DNA of 38,052 nt. Origin: Chloroflexi bacterium GWC2_73_18. GTDB taxonomy: Bacteria; Chloroflexota; Limnocylindria; Limnocylindrales; CSP1-4. The stretch spans positions 34,547 to 72,598 of the forward strand of contig MGMJ01000050.1 of NCBI GenBank assembly GCA_001794945.1, in the 5' to 3' direction. Below the pieces are notes generated by a model. That model saw nothing but the letters and a program-made list of their open reading frames with translations. It made no database searches and had not been told where the DNA came from. Made by a program: the position numbers and the translations under genes. Every line of letters begins with the position of its first letter. Within the stretch, counting starts at the first letter, position 1. This document shows, in pieces, positions 21,501 through 29,507 of the stretch.

Positions 21501-23360
21501 GTAGACCTCGTCGAAGTGCATCCCGTAGGGCTGGTCGAGCCGGAAGGTGCGGAGGGTCAGGGCGGCCACGATCAGCAGCGCCACGACCAGCGCATCGAGG
21601 CGGTCGAGACGGCCGGAGCCTTCGGCCCCCAGGAGCCGGCTCCGGTCGGCCCGCACCGCCGGGCGGGACAACCGGCGGCGCAGGGAGCCGAGCGCCACCG
21701 CCCCCGTGGCGGGTCCTGCGATTTCGGGCGCCTCGGTCACCGCCGGGGCGGGCACGAGGGTTGGGGCGGCCGCCCGCTCGAGTGGCACGGTCGGCCCTCC
21801 CGGCGCCCCGGCCGGCGGCCGGCTCCAGGGAGTCCGCCAGACGCGCCTCACCGGTTCGATCTCGGGCTCCGGCGCCGGTCTCGGCGCCCGGCCCAGGAGG
21901 CCGAGCAGGTCGTCGACCGCGGGTCGCAGCTGCCAGAGCGCCCAGGCGAAGAGGGCGGTGTGGGCGATCGCCACGATCACGACGGCGGCCTCGGTGCGGG
22001 TCTCCTCGGCGAAGAGGAGCCCGCGGAGCTGGGGCGTCCCGTAACCCTCCTGGGGCCGCGTCAGCACGGCGTGGAGGTTGACCAGGTTGACCAGCCCCAG
22101 CAGGACGTACCAGCGCCGCCAGGCGACCGAGCCGGCGGCCAGGAGCGCCCCCACCGCGAAGACCGGGAAGAGGTATCGCTCGTGGACGCGGGTGGGGAGG
22201 ACGAAGAGGCCGAGGGCGAGCACGGTCGTGGCCACGACGATCGAGGTCCGGTCGTCACGGCGCAGGAGCTGCCAGGCGATGAAGGCGAGGCCGGCGAGCA
22301 GAAGTCCCGTGCCGACGGCGACAAAGGGGACGGCCCCGAAGGCGAGGCCCAGGTCGCTCGTCCAGACGCCGGCGTGGGCCAGCGAGGTCGGGCCCACGAG
22401 CGCCCACAGGTTGTAGGCGTTGACCGTCAGGTAGTGGTACTCGCCTGCCGTCGAGCCGACCAGCACGAGCAGGCCGCCCAGGTCCCCGCCGATCGGGAAG
22501 CCGGGCGCCCGAGCCACCGCCAGCTCGGCCAGGTCGAAGGGAGTGATCGTGGCGAACGCGACGAGGAGTCCGACCGCCGCCGAGGAGACGAGCCGCCAGG
22601 GACCCTGCTCCGTGGTGAACCAGCCGCCCAGGCGGCCATCGAGCCAGGCGAGCGCGCCGCGCGGCTCGGGCACCGGCCCGCTCCCGGGGCGGAGCAGGTG
22701 GCGCCGCAGCAAGACGATCCCGACGACGAGCAGGACGATCCCGTACTGCGGCTTGATGATCGGGGCGAGCACGGCGGCGGCGACCGCCGGCTCGCTCCAG
22801 CCGCGGATCAAGAGCAGGACGGCGCCGAGCAGGACGAGCGCGCCGACCGCATCGACCTGGCCCCAGAGCGCCGACTCGTACCAGGTGATCGGGATGAAGA
22901 GATAGAGGGCGGCGGCGGCGAGCCCGGCGCGCTCGCCGGACCAGCCACGCGCCGTGCGATAGAGGACGCAGGCGAGGATGAGGTCGAAGACGATGGCGGG
23001 GACCTTGATCAGCGAGCTGACGTAGGCGCCCGCGCCGGCACCGGTGAGGTCGCCCAGGAAGCGCGCCGTCAGGCCCACCATCCAGAGCGGGTAGAGGTAG
23101 CCGGGGGTGTAGTCGGCGAAGCCGGCGTTCCGGTAGAAACCGTCCGGGCCGTGCTCGGCGAGGGTCAGCGCCCAGCTCGAGAAGCTGTCGATGTCGACCT
23201 TGAAGCCGGCGCCGGGGAAGAGGCCGTATGCGATGATGACCCGGAGCGCGAGGCCGGCGAGCAGCACGGCCACGAGGGCGGGGGTGATCGCCGGTACCGG
23301 GACCCGGCCTCCCGACGCTCCGGAGCCCCGACCGGGTTCACCCGTCTGGGGCGCTCTCAA
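18501..23360 (-). CDS. ~1619-aa GT-C fusion: N-terminal polyprenol-P-sugar-dependent mannosyltransferase-like domain + protein O-mannosyltransferase (PMT/GT39) domain with a large extracytoplasmic insert
   Basis: N-domain: DYTPGY, ESALWGQVD, KPQ, NAYNLW, PTRVHERY. C-domain: FDEVYH, YEYTHPHLAK, AWRFP, SRIAMND, KWVG, HPASSPWWAWP, GNLVLFW. TTG start at 23360 with AGGAGG 9 nt upstream. Confidence 0.85.
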   Translation of the reverse strand: MRAPQTGEPGRGSGASGGRVPVPAITPALVAVLLAGLALRVIIAYGLFPGAGFKVDIDSFSSWALTLAEHGPDGFYRNAGFADYTPGYLYPLWMVGLTARFLGDLTGAGAGAYVSSLIKVPAIVFDLILACVLYRTARGWSGERAGLAAAALYLFIPITWYESALWGQVDAVGALVLLGAVLLLIRGWSEPAVAAAVLAPIIKPQYGIVLLVVGIVLLRRHLLRPGSGPVPEPRGALAWLDGRLGGWFTTEQGPWRLVSSAAVGLLVAFATITPFDLAELAVARAPGFPIGGDLGGLLVLVGSTAGEYHYLTVNAYNLWALVGPTSLAHAGVWTSDLGLAFGAVPFVAVGTGLLLAGLAFIAWQLLRRDDRTSIVVATTVLALGLFVLPTRVHERYLFPVFAVGALLAAGSVAWRRWYVLLGLVNLVNLHAVLTRPQEGYGTPQLRGLLFAEETRTEAAVVIVAIAHTALFAWALWQLRPAVDDLLGLLGRAPRPAPEPEIEPVRRVWRTPWSRPPAGAPGGPTVPLERAAAPTLVPAPAVTEAPEIAGPATGAVALGSLRRRLSRPAVRADRSRLLGAEGSGRLDRLDALVVALLIVAALTLRTFRLDQPYGMHFDEVYHARTATEFLQDWRYGMPHDIYEYTHPHLAKYLIAAGIVLFGDDRVTGESSLGTPVRDVAVEPRYADPLEPQRRAGDRLFVATGSAVRVLDLLSREDESRLSVNGASAVAVDSSAHRLYVGTDTGLVWQLETGRLDLLRSVGGEPQAAQPVEVGRVEGPVQRLWVAGRRVVLRGAGDRLSSLDPETGEVAGAATVPGLAAAIPLSGVSSLVAHPAQVTDPEAAGARLGDVLGVSGASLAARLRAGGDELRLASYLTAEQRSELQAAIDAGDLPGIEVTDREALAVAAGSGLSILDAVSLETIDQEPLTAAATGLDRVGGLDRPTLYVATEGARIETFQLGDDGPPRPGSGFAMPGPVGEVRWNAATNLVHVLGETPDGRSTIYVVEPHANAVFADAALPFRPAVLVLDAARDTPALDREEALVFEAGGRVAAVDTGGNAFAWRFPGVVAGVLLAAALYLLARRLFRRRAVGLLVAVVALLDGMLFATSRIAMNDTYVGLFIVAAYLALAWLLIDPPAGRTGRLAVLLGLPAIGGLLGLALAAKWVGAYAIGGAVLIVLFRSSAGRLLALAGMVVLTGVLGYLAVVQTPPNLFFFGLMVGLTALLAAGIVLRPVAGRVEPRWADPVRLGGAPFLLALLALTALPLAVYVLSYVPWAMPWHAGGPQIVPGWPPGHEGQLFVDLQGGMYDYHDHLRATHPASSPWWAWPFDLKPVWFSSQAYGGGTQGYIFDMGNLVLFWLAVPAAAFGAWQAWGRRSAALGFVVLAFLSQWLPWARIDRATFQYHWYTALPFALLLLAYFLAELWHGPSRRTWQFARAVAAVTIMAPGLLWLLKDPLCAAAGVGQVNPGAYLCTGSGSLDPGSTRALITTAVVLVVGYLALAGALGWLVLGARDPRRYVMVALAAAALYFLAVYPNISGLPLPADPEAYSYQRLLPTWDYSFQFAVNTAPANATSILGPWPLLFVAGTGFFAAATGYAVWARRTGAPGDGASDALGAGVDRA

Positions 23361-23390
23361 TCGGTCCGGCCTCCTGGACGAGCGACGAAG

Positions 23391-24662
23391 GTGCAGCGCA
23401 GTATAGCAACGCGCATCCGGTCGACCGGGCTCGCGCTGGTGCTGCTGGCGCTGCTCGTCTACCTGGTTTCCAACCCGGGCCGCGCGAACCTCTACGGCCA
23501 CTACGTCTGGCAGGCGGACGCCTGGCTGCACGGGCGATTCGCCATCCCCTTCCCGGTCGCCGAGGGGGCGGTCACCAACGACCGGTACCTCGACGTGATC
23601 CCCATCCCTGGATCTCCCGGCTACGGCCTCATCCCCTACCCGCCGCTCCCGGCGATCCTGCTGCTGCCGGCCGTGGCGATCTTCGGGCTGGCCGCCGACG
23701 CGGGCCTCCTCGCCCTCGCCCTTGGGGCGGTGAGCGTCGGGCTCGCCTGGCGCCTGGTGAGGCGCCTCGTCACCGACCGGCGCGCCGCGCTCCTGGCGAC
23801 GCTCTTCTTCAGTTTCGGCACCGGCGCCTGGTACGCCGCCGCCCGGGGAAGCACCTGGTTCGAGGCGCACGTCGTGGCGCTCGCCTGCACGCTGTTGGCC
23901 ATCACCCTGTCGCTCGACGCGGAGCGTTCGGAGAGCCCGCGTCGCCTCGACCCACGCCAGGTCGCGGCGGGCTTCCTGCTCGGGCTGGCGGCCCTGGCGC
24001 GCCTGCCGACGATCTTCGGGCTTCCGTTCCTCCTGCTCGTCGGGGGCGGTCGTTCACCCTTCCGGCGGGGTGCCGCAGCGGCGCTCGGGGCGGCGGTCCC
24101 GCTTCTCTTCCTGCTCGCCTACAACCTCGCCTCGTCGGGCGCGCCGTTCCAGCCGGGATACGAGTCGCTCTACCGTACCGAGACGCCGGCCCTCCCCGCC
24201 TTCCATCACCCGGATTGGGCGATCGAGGACCCGCGCTATCTGCCCCAGAACCTGCTGATCATGCTCGCCGAGCCGCCGACGATCCGGCTCGAGTGCGGCC
24301 TCCGCTTCTTCGACCCCGACTGCCCCACGATCAGCCCCGACCCGCTCGGCATGAGCCTGCCGCTGACCAGCCCGGCCTACCTGCTGGCGCTCCCGCTGCT
24401 GGTCGGGATCCGTCGCGACCGGCTGCTGGCCGGCGCCTTCCTCGCCATCGCCGCGATCGCCGCGGTCGACCTGATGCACTTCAGCCAGGGCTGGGTCCAG
24501 TTCGGCTACCGCTTCAGCAACGACTGGGCGCCGTTCGCCCTGGTGCCGGTCACGCTCGCCCTGGCCCGGCCCGACGCCCGCCGCATCGGAGTCGTCCTTG
24601 TCGCCGCGTCGATCGCCGTGAACGCCTGGGGGAGCCTGTGGGGTGCGCTGCGCGGCTGGTGA
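23391..24662 (+). CDS. polytopic membrane protein, probable GT-C glycosyltransferase
   Basis: 3' part of ORF 19416..24662. QADAWLHGR, YPPLPAILLLP, WFEAH, YNLA..G, GWVQFGYRF and about 10 TM segments. The start is uncertain. Confidence 0.7.
   Translation: MQRSIATRIRSTGLALVLLALLVYLVSNPGRANLYGHYVWQADAWLHGRFAIPFPVAEGAVTNDRYLDVIPIPGSPGYGLIPYPPLPAILLLPAVAIFGLAADAGLLALALGAVSVGLAWRLVRRLVTDRRAALLATLFFSFGTGAWYAAARGSTWFEAHVVALACTLLAITLSLDAERSESPRRLDPRQVAAGFLLGLAALARLPTIFGLPFLLLVGGGRSPFRRGAAAALGAAVPLLFLLAYNLASSGAPFQPGYESLYRTETPALPAFHHPDWAIEDPRYLPQNLLIMLAEPPTIRLECGLRFFDPDCPTISPDPLGMSLPLTSPAYLLALPLLVGIRRDRLLAGAFLAIAAIAAVDLMHFSQGWVQFGYRFSNDWAPFALVPVTLALARPDARRIGVVLVAASIAVNAWGSLWGALRGW
23400..23408 (-). promoter_or_regulatory. 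extended -10 (TGcTATACT) for the large GT-C fusion gene
   Basis: TG-n-TATACT on the minus strand, ~40 nt upstream of the TTG start. Confidence 0.55.
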
Positions 24663-24705
24663 TCGGCGGGCTGACGCCGCCCGGCATTGTGGGACACTTC
24701 GCGCC

Positions 24706-25494
24706 GTGACCGCTGCCCGGGTCCCCGAGATCTCCTACTTCTTCCCGGCCCACAACGAGGAGGCCAATCTCGAGGCGCTCATGGACGAGGCGCTCGAGGC
24801 GCTCCCCGAGCTGGCCGAGCGCTTCGAGATCATCGCCGTCGACGACGGCAGCCGCGACGGCACGCCGGCGATCGCCGACCGCCTGGCGGCGTCCCATGCG
24901 GGCGTCGTCCGCGTCGTCCACCACCCCACGAACCTCGGCTACGGCGCCGCGCTGCGCAGCGGCTTCCGCGCCGCCCGCTACCCGCTCGTCTGCTTCACCG
25001 ACGGCGACCGCCAGTTCAGGGTCGCCGACCTCGGCCGCCTTCTCGAGCGCGCCGCCGGGCCCGACCGCCCCGACGTCGTGGCCGGCTTCCGCTTGAAGCG
25101 CGCCGATCCGCCGCTCCGGCTCGCCTATGCGCACATCTACCGGGCCTGCCTGGGCCTCTTCTTCAGGCTCTGGGTCCGCGACGTCGACTGCGCCTGCAAG
25201 CTCTTCCGGCGCGGTGCGCTCGAGGGGATCCGCCTCGAGTCGGGCGGGGCGTTCCTCTCGGCCGAGCTCCTGATCAAGCTACGCGCGGGGGGCCGCTCGC
25301 TCGTCGAGGTCGGCGTGCCGCACTACCCGCGAACGGCCGGCTCGCCGACCGGGGCGAAGCCGTCGGTGATCCTGCGCGCGGTGCGCGACTTCTGGCGGCT
25401 CCGCCTCCTGCTCTGGTTCGCCCCGGCGCGCGCCCGGGGCCGCGGAGCGGCGGTGCTCGGCGACGCCGCTGCGGATGGCGGTCGAGAAGCCTAG
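24706..25494 (+). CDS. GT2 glycosyltransferase, polyprenol-phosphate mannose/glucose synthase-like
   Basis: FFPAHNEEAN, VDDGSRDGT, NLGYGAAL, FTDGDRQF, DVDCACKLFRR, HYPRTAG. The GTG at 24706 is 7 nt after TGgGACACT. Confidence 0.9.
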   Translation: MTAARVPEISYFFPAHNEEANLEALMDEALEALPELAERFEIIAVDDGSRDGTPAIADRLAASHAGVVRVVHHPTNLGYGAALRSGFRAARYPLVCFTDGDRQFRVADLGRLLERAAGPDRPDVVAGFRLKRADPPLRLAYAHIYRACLGLFFRLWVRDVDCACKLFRRGALEGIRLESGGAFLSAELLIKLRAGGRSLVEVGVPHYPRTAGSPTGAKPSVILRAVRDFWRLRLLLWFAPARARGRGAAVLGDAAADGGREA

Positions 25495-25496
25495 TT

Positions 25497-25509
25497 CCTA
25501 GTCCTAGTC
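25497..25509. repeat. tandem CTAG motif CCTAGTCCTAGTC (inverted copy of 18493-18505)
   Basis: Three CTAG within 25491-25507, between convergent stop codons. Confidence 0.6.
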
Positions 25510-26043
25510 GGGCCGGCGCCGGCCCTCGGCGGGAGACTCCTCGTCCGTGTCGAGCGAGTTGATGAACTCGCGGAAGACGGAGAGGCGCTCGTCTTCCCGG
25601 TGCTCCCCCTCGCCCCCCTCCTCGTCGTCCTCGGCCGGCGTCACCCCGGCGCGATCGAGGACCGCCCGGGTCACGAAGATCGGGGTCGCCGCGCGGACGG
25701 CCAGCGCGATCGCGTCGGAGGGGCGGGAGTCGATCTCGACGGTCCGACCGTCCGTCTCGAGCTGGATGCGGGCGTGGAACGTTTCCTCGGCCAGGTCGGA
25801 GACGACGACGCGGCGCAGGTGGACGGCGAGCTGCTCGAGGGTCGCGGCAAAGAGGTCGTGCGTGAGCGGCCGCTCCGACGTGAAGCCCTGCAGCCGCATG
25901 GCGATGGCGCTCGCCTCCCACTGACCGATCCAGATCGGGAGGTAGCGGCGCTGTTCGGCCGCCTTGAGGATGACGACGTGCTGGTTCGAGAGCATGTGCA
26001 CGCGCACGCTCTCCACGACCATCTCGATCAGCTCGTCGGGCAT
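25504..26043 (-). CDS. bifunctional nuclease family protein (DUF151)
   Basis: VVILK...RYLPIWIG..EA.AI, RPLTHDL, IDSRPSDAIALAVR. ATG at 26043 with TAGAAT 10 nt upstream. Confidence 0.93.
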   Translation of the reverse strand: MPDELIEMVVESVRVHMLSNQHVVILKAAEQRRYLPIWIGQWEASAIAMRLQGFTSERPLTHDLFAATLEQLAVHLRRVVVSDLAEETFHARIQLETDGRTVEIDSRPSDAIALAVRAATPIFVTRAVLDRAGVTPAEDDEEGGEGEHREDERLSVFREFINSLDTDEESPAEGRRRPD

Positions 26044-26096
26044 GGTGCGTCGGATTCTATACCGCGGCCCGCGGTACCCCGGACCGTGCCGGCGGC

Positions 26097-26801
26097 TCAG
26101 CCGGCGCGGAGCGGCACGCGCACGAGGCCCGCCATGCGGAGCGCGCCGGCGACGGCCAGGCCGGCGGCGAAGCCCCCGATGTGGGCGAAGTAGGCGACCC
26201 CGCCGGCGCTGCTCGTCGCCCCCAGCACGGCGACGCCGTCGAGGAGCTGCAGCACGAACCAGAAGCCGAGCACGAAGATGGCCGGGATCGAGACGAGCTG
26301 GTAGAAGAGGCCCAGGAAGACAAGCGAGAGGACGCGCGCCCGGGGGAACCAGACGAGGTAGGCCCCCAGCACCGCGGCGATCGCCCCGCTGGCACCCACC
26401 AGCGGCACGTCCGACGCCGGGTCGATGGCGACCTGGGCGAGGCCGGCGACGATGCCGCCCCCCAGGTAGAAAAGAAGGAAGGGGAGCCGCCCCAGCAGAT
26501 CCTCGACGTTGTTGCCGAAGATCCACAGGTAGAGCATGTTGCCCAGGATGTGCATCCAGCCGCCGTGGAGGAACTGGGAGGTGAGCAGGGCGGCGGCGGC
26601 CGGCACGGTGCCGCCCAACGGGTCGGCGGTCAGCTGCGCGGGCACGACCCCGAAGTCGGTGAAGAACCGCTCGAGATCGGCCGGGGCACCGACCTGCTCG
26701 AGCCAGAGCTCGTACGCGAAGATGACGAAGTTGGCAGCGATCAGGCCGATGGTGAGGACGGCCGGCCGAGCCGTCGGGTTGGCGTCGCGAAGCGGGATCA
26801 T
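26097..26801 (-). CDS. rhomboid-family intramembrane serine protease
   Basis: MIPLRD, FLHGGWMHILGNM, VGASGAIA (catalytic Ser), AHIGGF (catalytic His). Confidence 0.95.
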   Translation of the reverse strand: MIPLRDANPTARPAVLTIGLIAANFVIFAYELWLEQVGAPADLERFFTDFGVVPAQLTADPLGGTVPAAAALLTSQFLHGGWMHILGNMLYLWIFGNNVEDLLGRLPFLLFYLGGGIVAGLAQVAIDPASDVPLVGASGAIAAVLGAYLVWFPRARVLSLVFLGLFYQLVSIPAIFVLGFWFVLQLLDGVAVLGATSSAGGVAYFAHIGGFAAGLAVAGALRMAGLVRVPLRAG

Positions 26802-26817
26802 CGCCGCCGGCCGACGC

Positions 26818-29103
26818 TCAGGGGGCGGGTGAAGCGTCGCCGGAGGGGGTCGGACTGGCGGCGCCCGGGCTGCCGCTCGGGCTACCGCCCGGGCTGGCGC
26901 CCGGCGAGAGACCGGGCGACGGGCTCGCCGTCGTTCCCGCATCCTCCAGGACGCTAACCAGGAGCGAGTCGCGGTCGATCCAGTAGAGGAGCGGTGCGGC
27001 GTCGGCGCGAGGGACGGCGAAGAGGCCGCGCACGTCCGTGAAGGATTGGGCCGGGCCCTGGAGCGTGAACTGCTCGACGTAGTCGCCGGTCGCGCGGGCG
27101 AAGCGGATGATCCGGTCGTTCCCGGTGTCCCAGACGAAGAGGGAACCCTGGCGTCGCTCGCCGACGGCGTCGAAGAGGCGCAGGTCGATCTCGGGACGCA
27201 GGTCGGTGTCCTCCGGCATGCTGAGCCCGAAGTCGGTCTTCTGGCCCCCCTCGTAGCGCGCCAGTCCGTCGCCCTCGAGCAGGTAGATGTCGCCATCGAT
27301 GAGGATCTGGCGGACGCCGTCGAGGTCCCGCGGCGCCGCCAGGTAGTCGGACGGGCCGGCCTGGAAACCGCTCCCGTCGAGCGCCGGCGTGTAGCGCAGG
27401 ATCTGGCGGCTCGACGGATCGACGATGTAGAGGTTGTAGAGGCCCTGCTCGGCGTTGCGCAGGTAGGTGCCGACGTCGCCGATGTCGTCTCCCCACGAAA
27501 TGTCGCCCCCGACCAGGACGGCGGAGAGCGTCCCCTCGCCCTTCGTGTCGGCCGGGCGCCAGCGCCAGAGCGCCCCGGCGCGGTCGAGCACCAGCAGGTC
27601 GGGACCGCCGGTCGCCAGCATCCAGGGTTCGTCCACCGTGCGGTCCCCGACCTTCGTCCCGGCGGCAACGATCGCGACCGCCTCGCGGGTCGGCAGGTCG
27701 ACGCGGTAGACGGCCTTCGTCGAGCGCTCGATCACGTAGGCGGCCTGCTCCCCGAGCGGCCCGCGCACGACGTCGCCGAGGTCGGGCGTCTCGACAACCG
27801 TGTCGAAGCGGAAGACGGTCGTCGCCCCCGTGTGGCGGACCTCGTAGAGGCGGTCGAGCCCCGCCACGATCTGCTGGCGGAGCAGCACCAGCTTGCCCTC
27901 GCTGACACCCGCCGTGGCCGCCTTGGTCAGCCACTCGTACGCCTCGCGGAGAAGCCGCCTGGCCCGGTTCGGGTCGCTTTCGACGAGGTCGGCGCCGCCG
28001 CCGAAGACCTGGTCGACGCGCTGTTTCACCTCGGCGAGCGCCTTCTCCCCCTCGGTCACCTGGTGGATCTGCTCGCCCGGTCCCGGTCCCTGCCCGCCGA
28101 TCCACCAGGCTCCCACGGCGAGGACGACGACGACGCCGAGGAGCGCGATCGCCGCGACCGCCAGCCGCCGCTCGGACTCGCGCCGGTCGGCCAGCGCGGT
28201 GACACGCCGGATGCCGGCGCCGCGCCGCGGCAGCCGCTCCTGGATCGCCCCGAAGAAGCGCGCGATGGCGCCGCCGGCTCGCTGGCGCGCCTGGCGTCCA
28301 GCGGTGCTGAGCGCCTCGACGCCGCCGCTCAGTGGCTCGGCGAGTGGGATCGGCGAGCGGTCGGGGACACCGGCGAGCGGCTCGGCCGGCTTGACCGGCA
28401 CCAGCGCGTGGCCGGCGGTCGTCGCCGACACCTCGGTCGCTTCGATGACGAGGAGCGCGTCGGAGGTCTCGCCGCCGGCGGCGACGTAGAGGTGGTGGAG
28501 GTGCTCCGCCGCCGACTGGGGGTGGAGCGTCACGATGGCGCTCTTCAGCTCGTCGCTGCCGATCGTCTCGACCGTGCTGCGGCTGGTCAGCACCAGCGTG
28601 TCGCCCACGGAGAGCTCGCCCCACCAGACGTCGGGGAGCGCGTCTCCGCCATAGGGGAGCGCCATCTCGCGCCCCTCGTCGGGGAGCGTCAGCAGCCTCG
28701 CCTGGCGGAGGAGGAAGGCGGCACCCTCGCCGACGGTGGTGACGTAGAGCTCGTGGCCGCGCACGACCGCGGCGGCGACGCCGATCGAGCGCAGCGGGAC
28801 GCCGAGCCGCTCCCGCTGGTGGCGGAGCCGCTGGTCGGCGGCCCGGATCGCCTTCTTGAGGCAGACGGCGATGCCGGCCGACTCGTCGTAGTAGTACTGG
28901 CGCTGGACCGTCTCGGCGACGAGGGCGGTCGCCTCTCGCATCCGGGGGCCGCCCTCGGAGGCCGCCGCGACGAGGTAGAGGCCCCCCTTGCTTCGCGCGG
29001 TGGCACCGACCGTCGGCTCGCTGACGAGGACGGAGTCGGGTGCCGACGCGAGCCTCTCCTGCTCGCCCACCACCCCGAGCCGCATGTGGAGTCGGACGGC
29101 CAT
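26818..29103 (-). CDS. membrane protein: degenerate PP2C-like N-terminal domain + TM + extracytoplasmic beta-rich (propeller-like) domain + Ser/Pro tail
   Basis: PP2C-like segments LYLVA, LKKAIRAAD, LYVTTVGEGAAFLLR and GDTLVLTS lack the metal-binding Asps. TM LAVAAIALLGVVVVLAVGAWW. Repeats LYIVDP, IDGDIYLL, LFVWDTGNDRI. Confidence 0.7.
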   Translation of the reverse strand: MAVRLHMRLGVVGEQERLASAPDSVLVSEPTVGATARSKGGLYLVAAASEGGPRMREATALVAETVQRQYYYDESAGIAVCLKKAIRAADQRLRHQRERLGVPLRSIGVAAAVVRGHELYVTTVGEGAAFLLRQARLLTLPDEGREMALPYGGDALPDVWWGELSVGDTLVLTSRSTVETIGSDELKSAIVTLHPQSAAEHLHHLYVAAGGETSDALLVIEATEVSATTAGHALVPVKPAEPLAGVPDRSPIPLAEPLSGGVEALSTAGRQARQRAGGAIARFFGAIQERLPRRGAGIRRVTALADRRESERRLAVAAIALLGVVVVLAVGAWWIGGQGPGPGEQIHQVTEGEKALAEVKQRVDQVFGGGADLVESDPNRARRLLREAYEWLTKAATAGVSEGKLVLLRQQIVAGLDRLYEVRHTGATTVFRFDTVVETPDLGDVVRGPLGEQAAYVIERSTKAVYRVDLPTREAVAIVAAGTKVGDRTVDEPWMLATGGPDLLVLDRAGALWRWRPADTKGEGTLSAVLVGGDISWGDDIGDVGTYLRNAEQGLYNLYIVDPSSRQILRYTPALDGSGFQAGPSDYLAAPRDLDGVRQILIDGDIYLLEGDGLARYEGGQKTDFGLSMPEDTDLRPEIDLRLFDAVGERRQGSLFVWDTGNDRIIRFARATGDYVEQFTLQGPAQSFTDVRGLFAVPRADAAPLLYWIDRDSLLVSVLEDAGTTASPSPGLSPGASPGGSPSGSPGAASPTPSGDASPAP

Positions 29104-29114
29104 CGGAGCGGCGA

Positions 29115-29507
29115 TTATAGGCGCTCGGTCGCGCCGCCGGCCCCCGGTCGGAGCCGGCCACGCCCGACGACCACCCTCAACTCGCGCGCGCGCGCGCCGC
29201 CCGGCACCGTGCGGAACGCCTCCAGCAGCTCGCGGCCGCGCAGGCGGAGCTCCTGGGCGACGATCGACTCGTCGGCGCTCACCACGACCACGCCCTGGCT
29301 CACCTGGACCAGGTGGGATGCGCCGGCCGCCGCGGGGACGCGCTCCGCCACCAGCCGTTCCCAGCTCGCCATGGCGCGCGCCAGGCGTAGCTCCTCCTCG
29401 AGGCCGAGCGAGGAGGCGACCGCGGGGAGGATGTCGCCCAGGCGTCGCGGCTCGCGCATGCGCCTCTCCGCTTCGGACGGCCGCCGTCGGATCCGCTCGT
29501 CGCTCAC
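29115..29507 (-). CDS. dciA: DUF721/DciA-family helicase-loader accessory protein
   Basis: PRRLGDIL...WERLV...AQELRL pattern; directly downstream of and overlapping recF. Confidence 0.8.
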   Translation of the reverse strand: MSDERIRRRPSEAERRMREPRRLGDILPAVASSLGLEEELRLARAMASWERLVAERVPAAAGASHLVQVSQGVVVVSADESIVAQELRLRGRELLEAFRTVPGGARARELRVVVGRGRLRPGAGGATERL

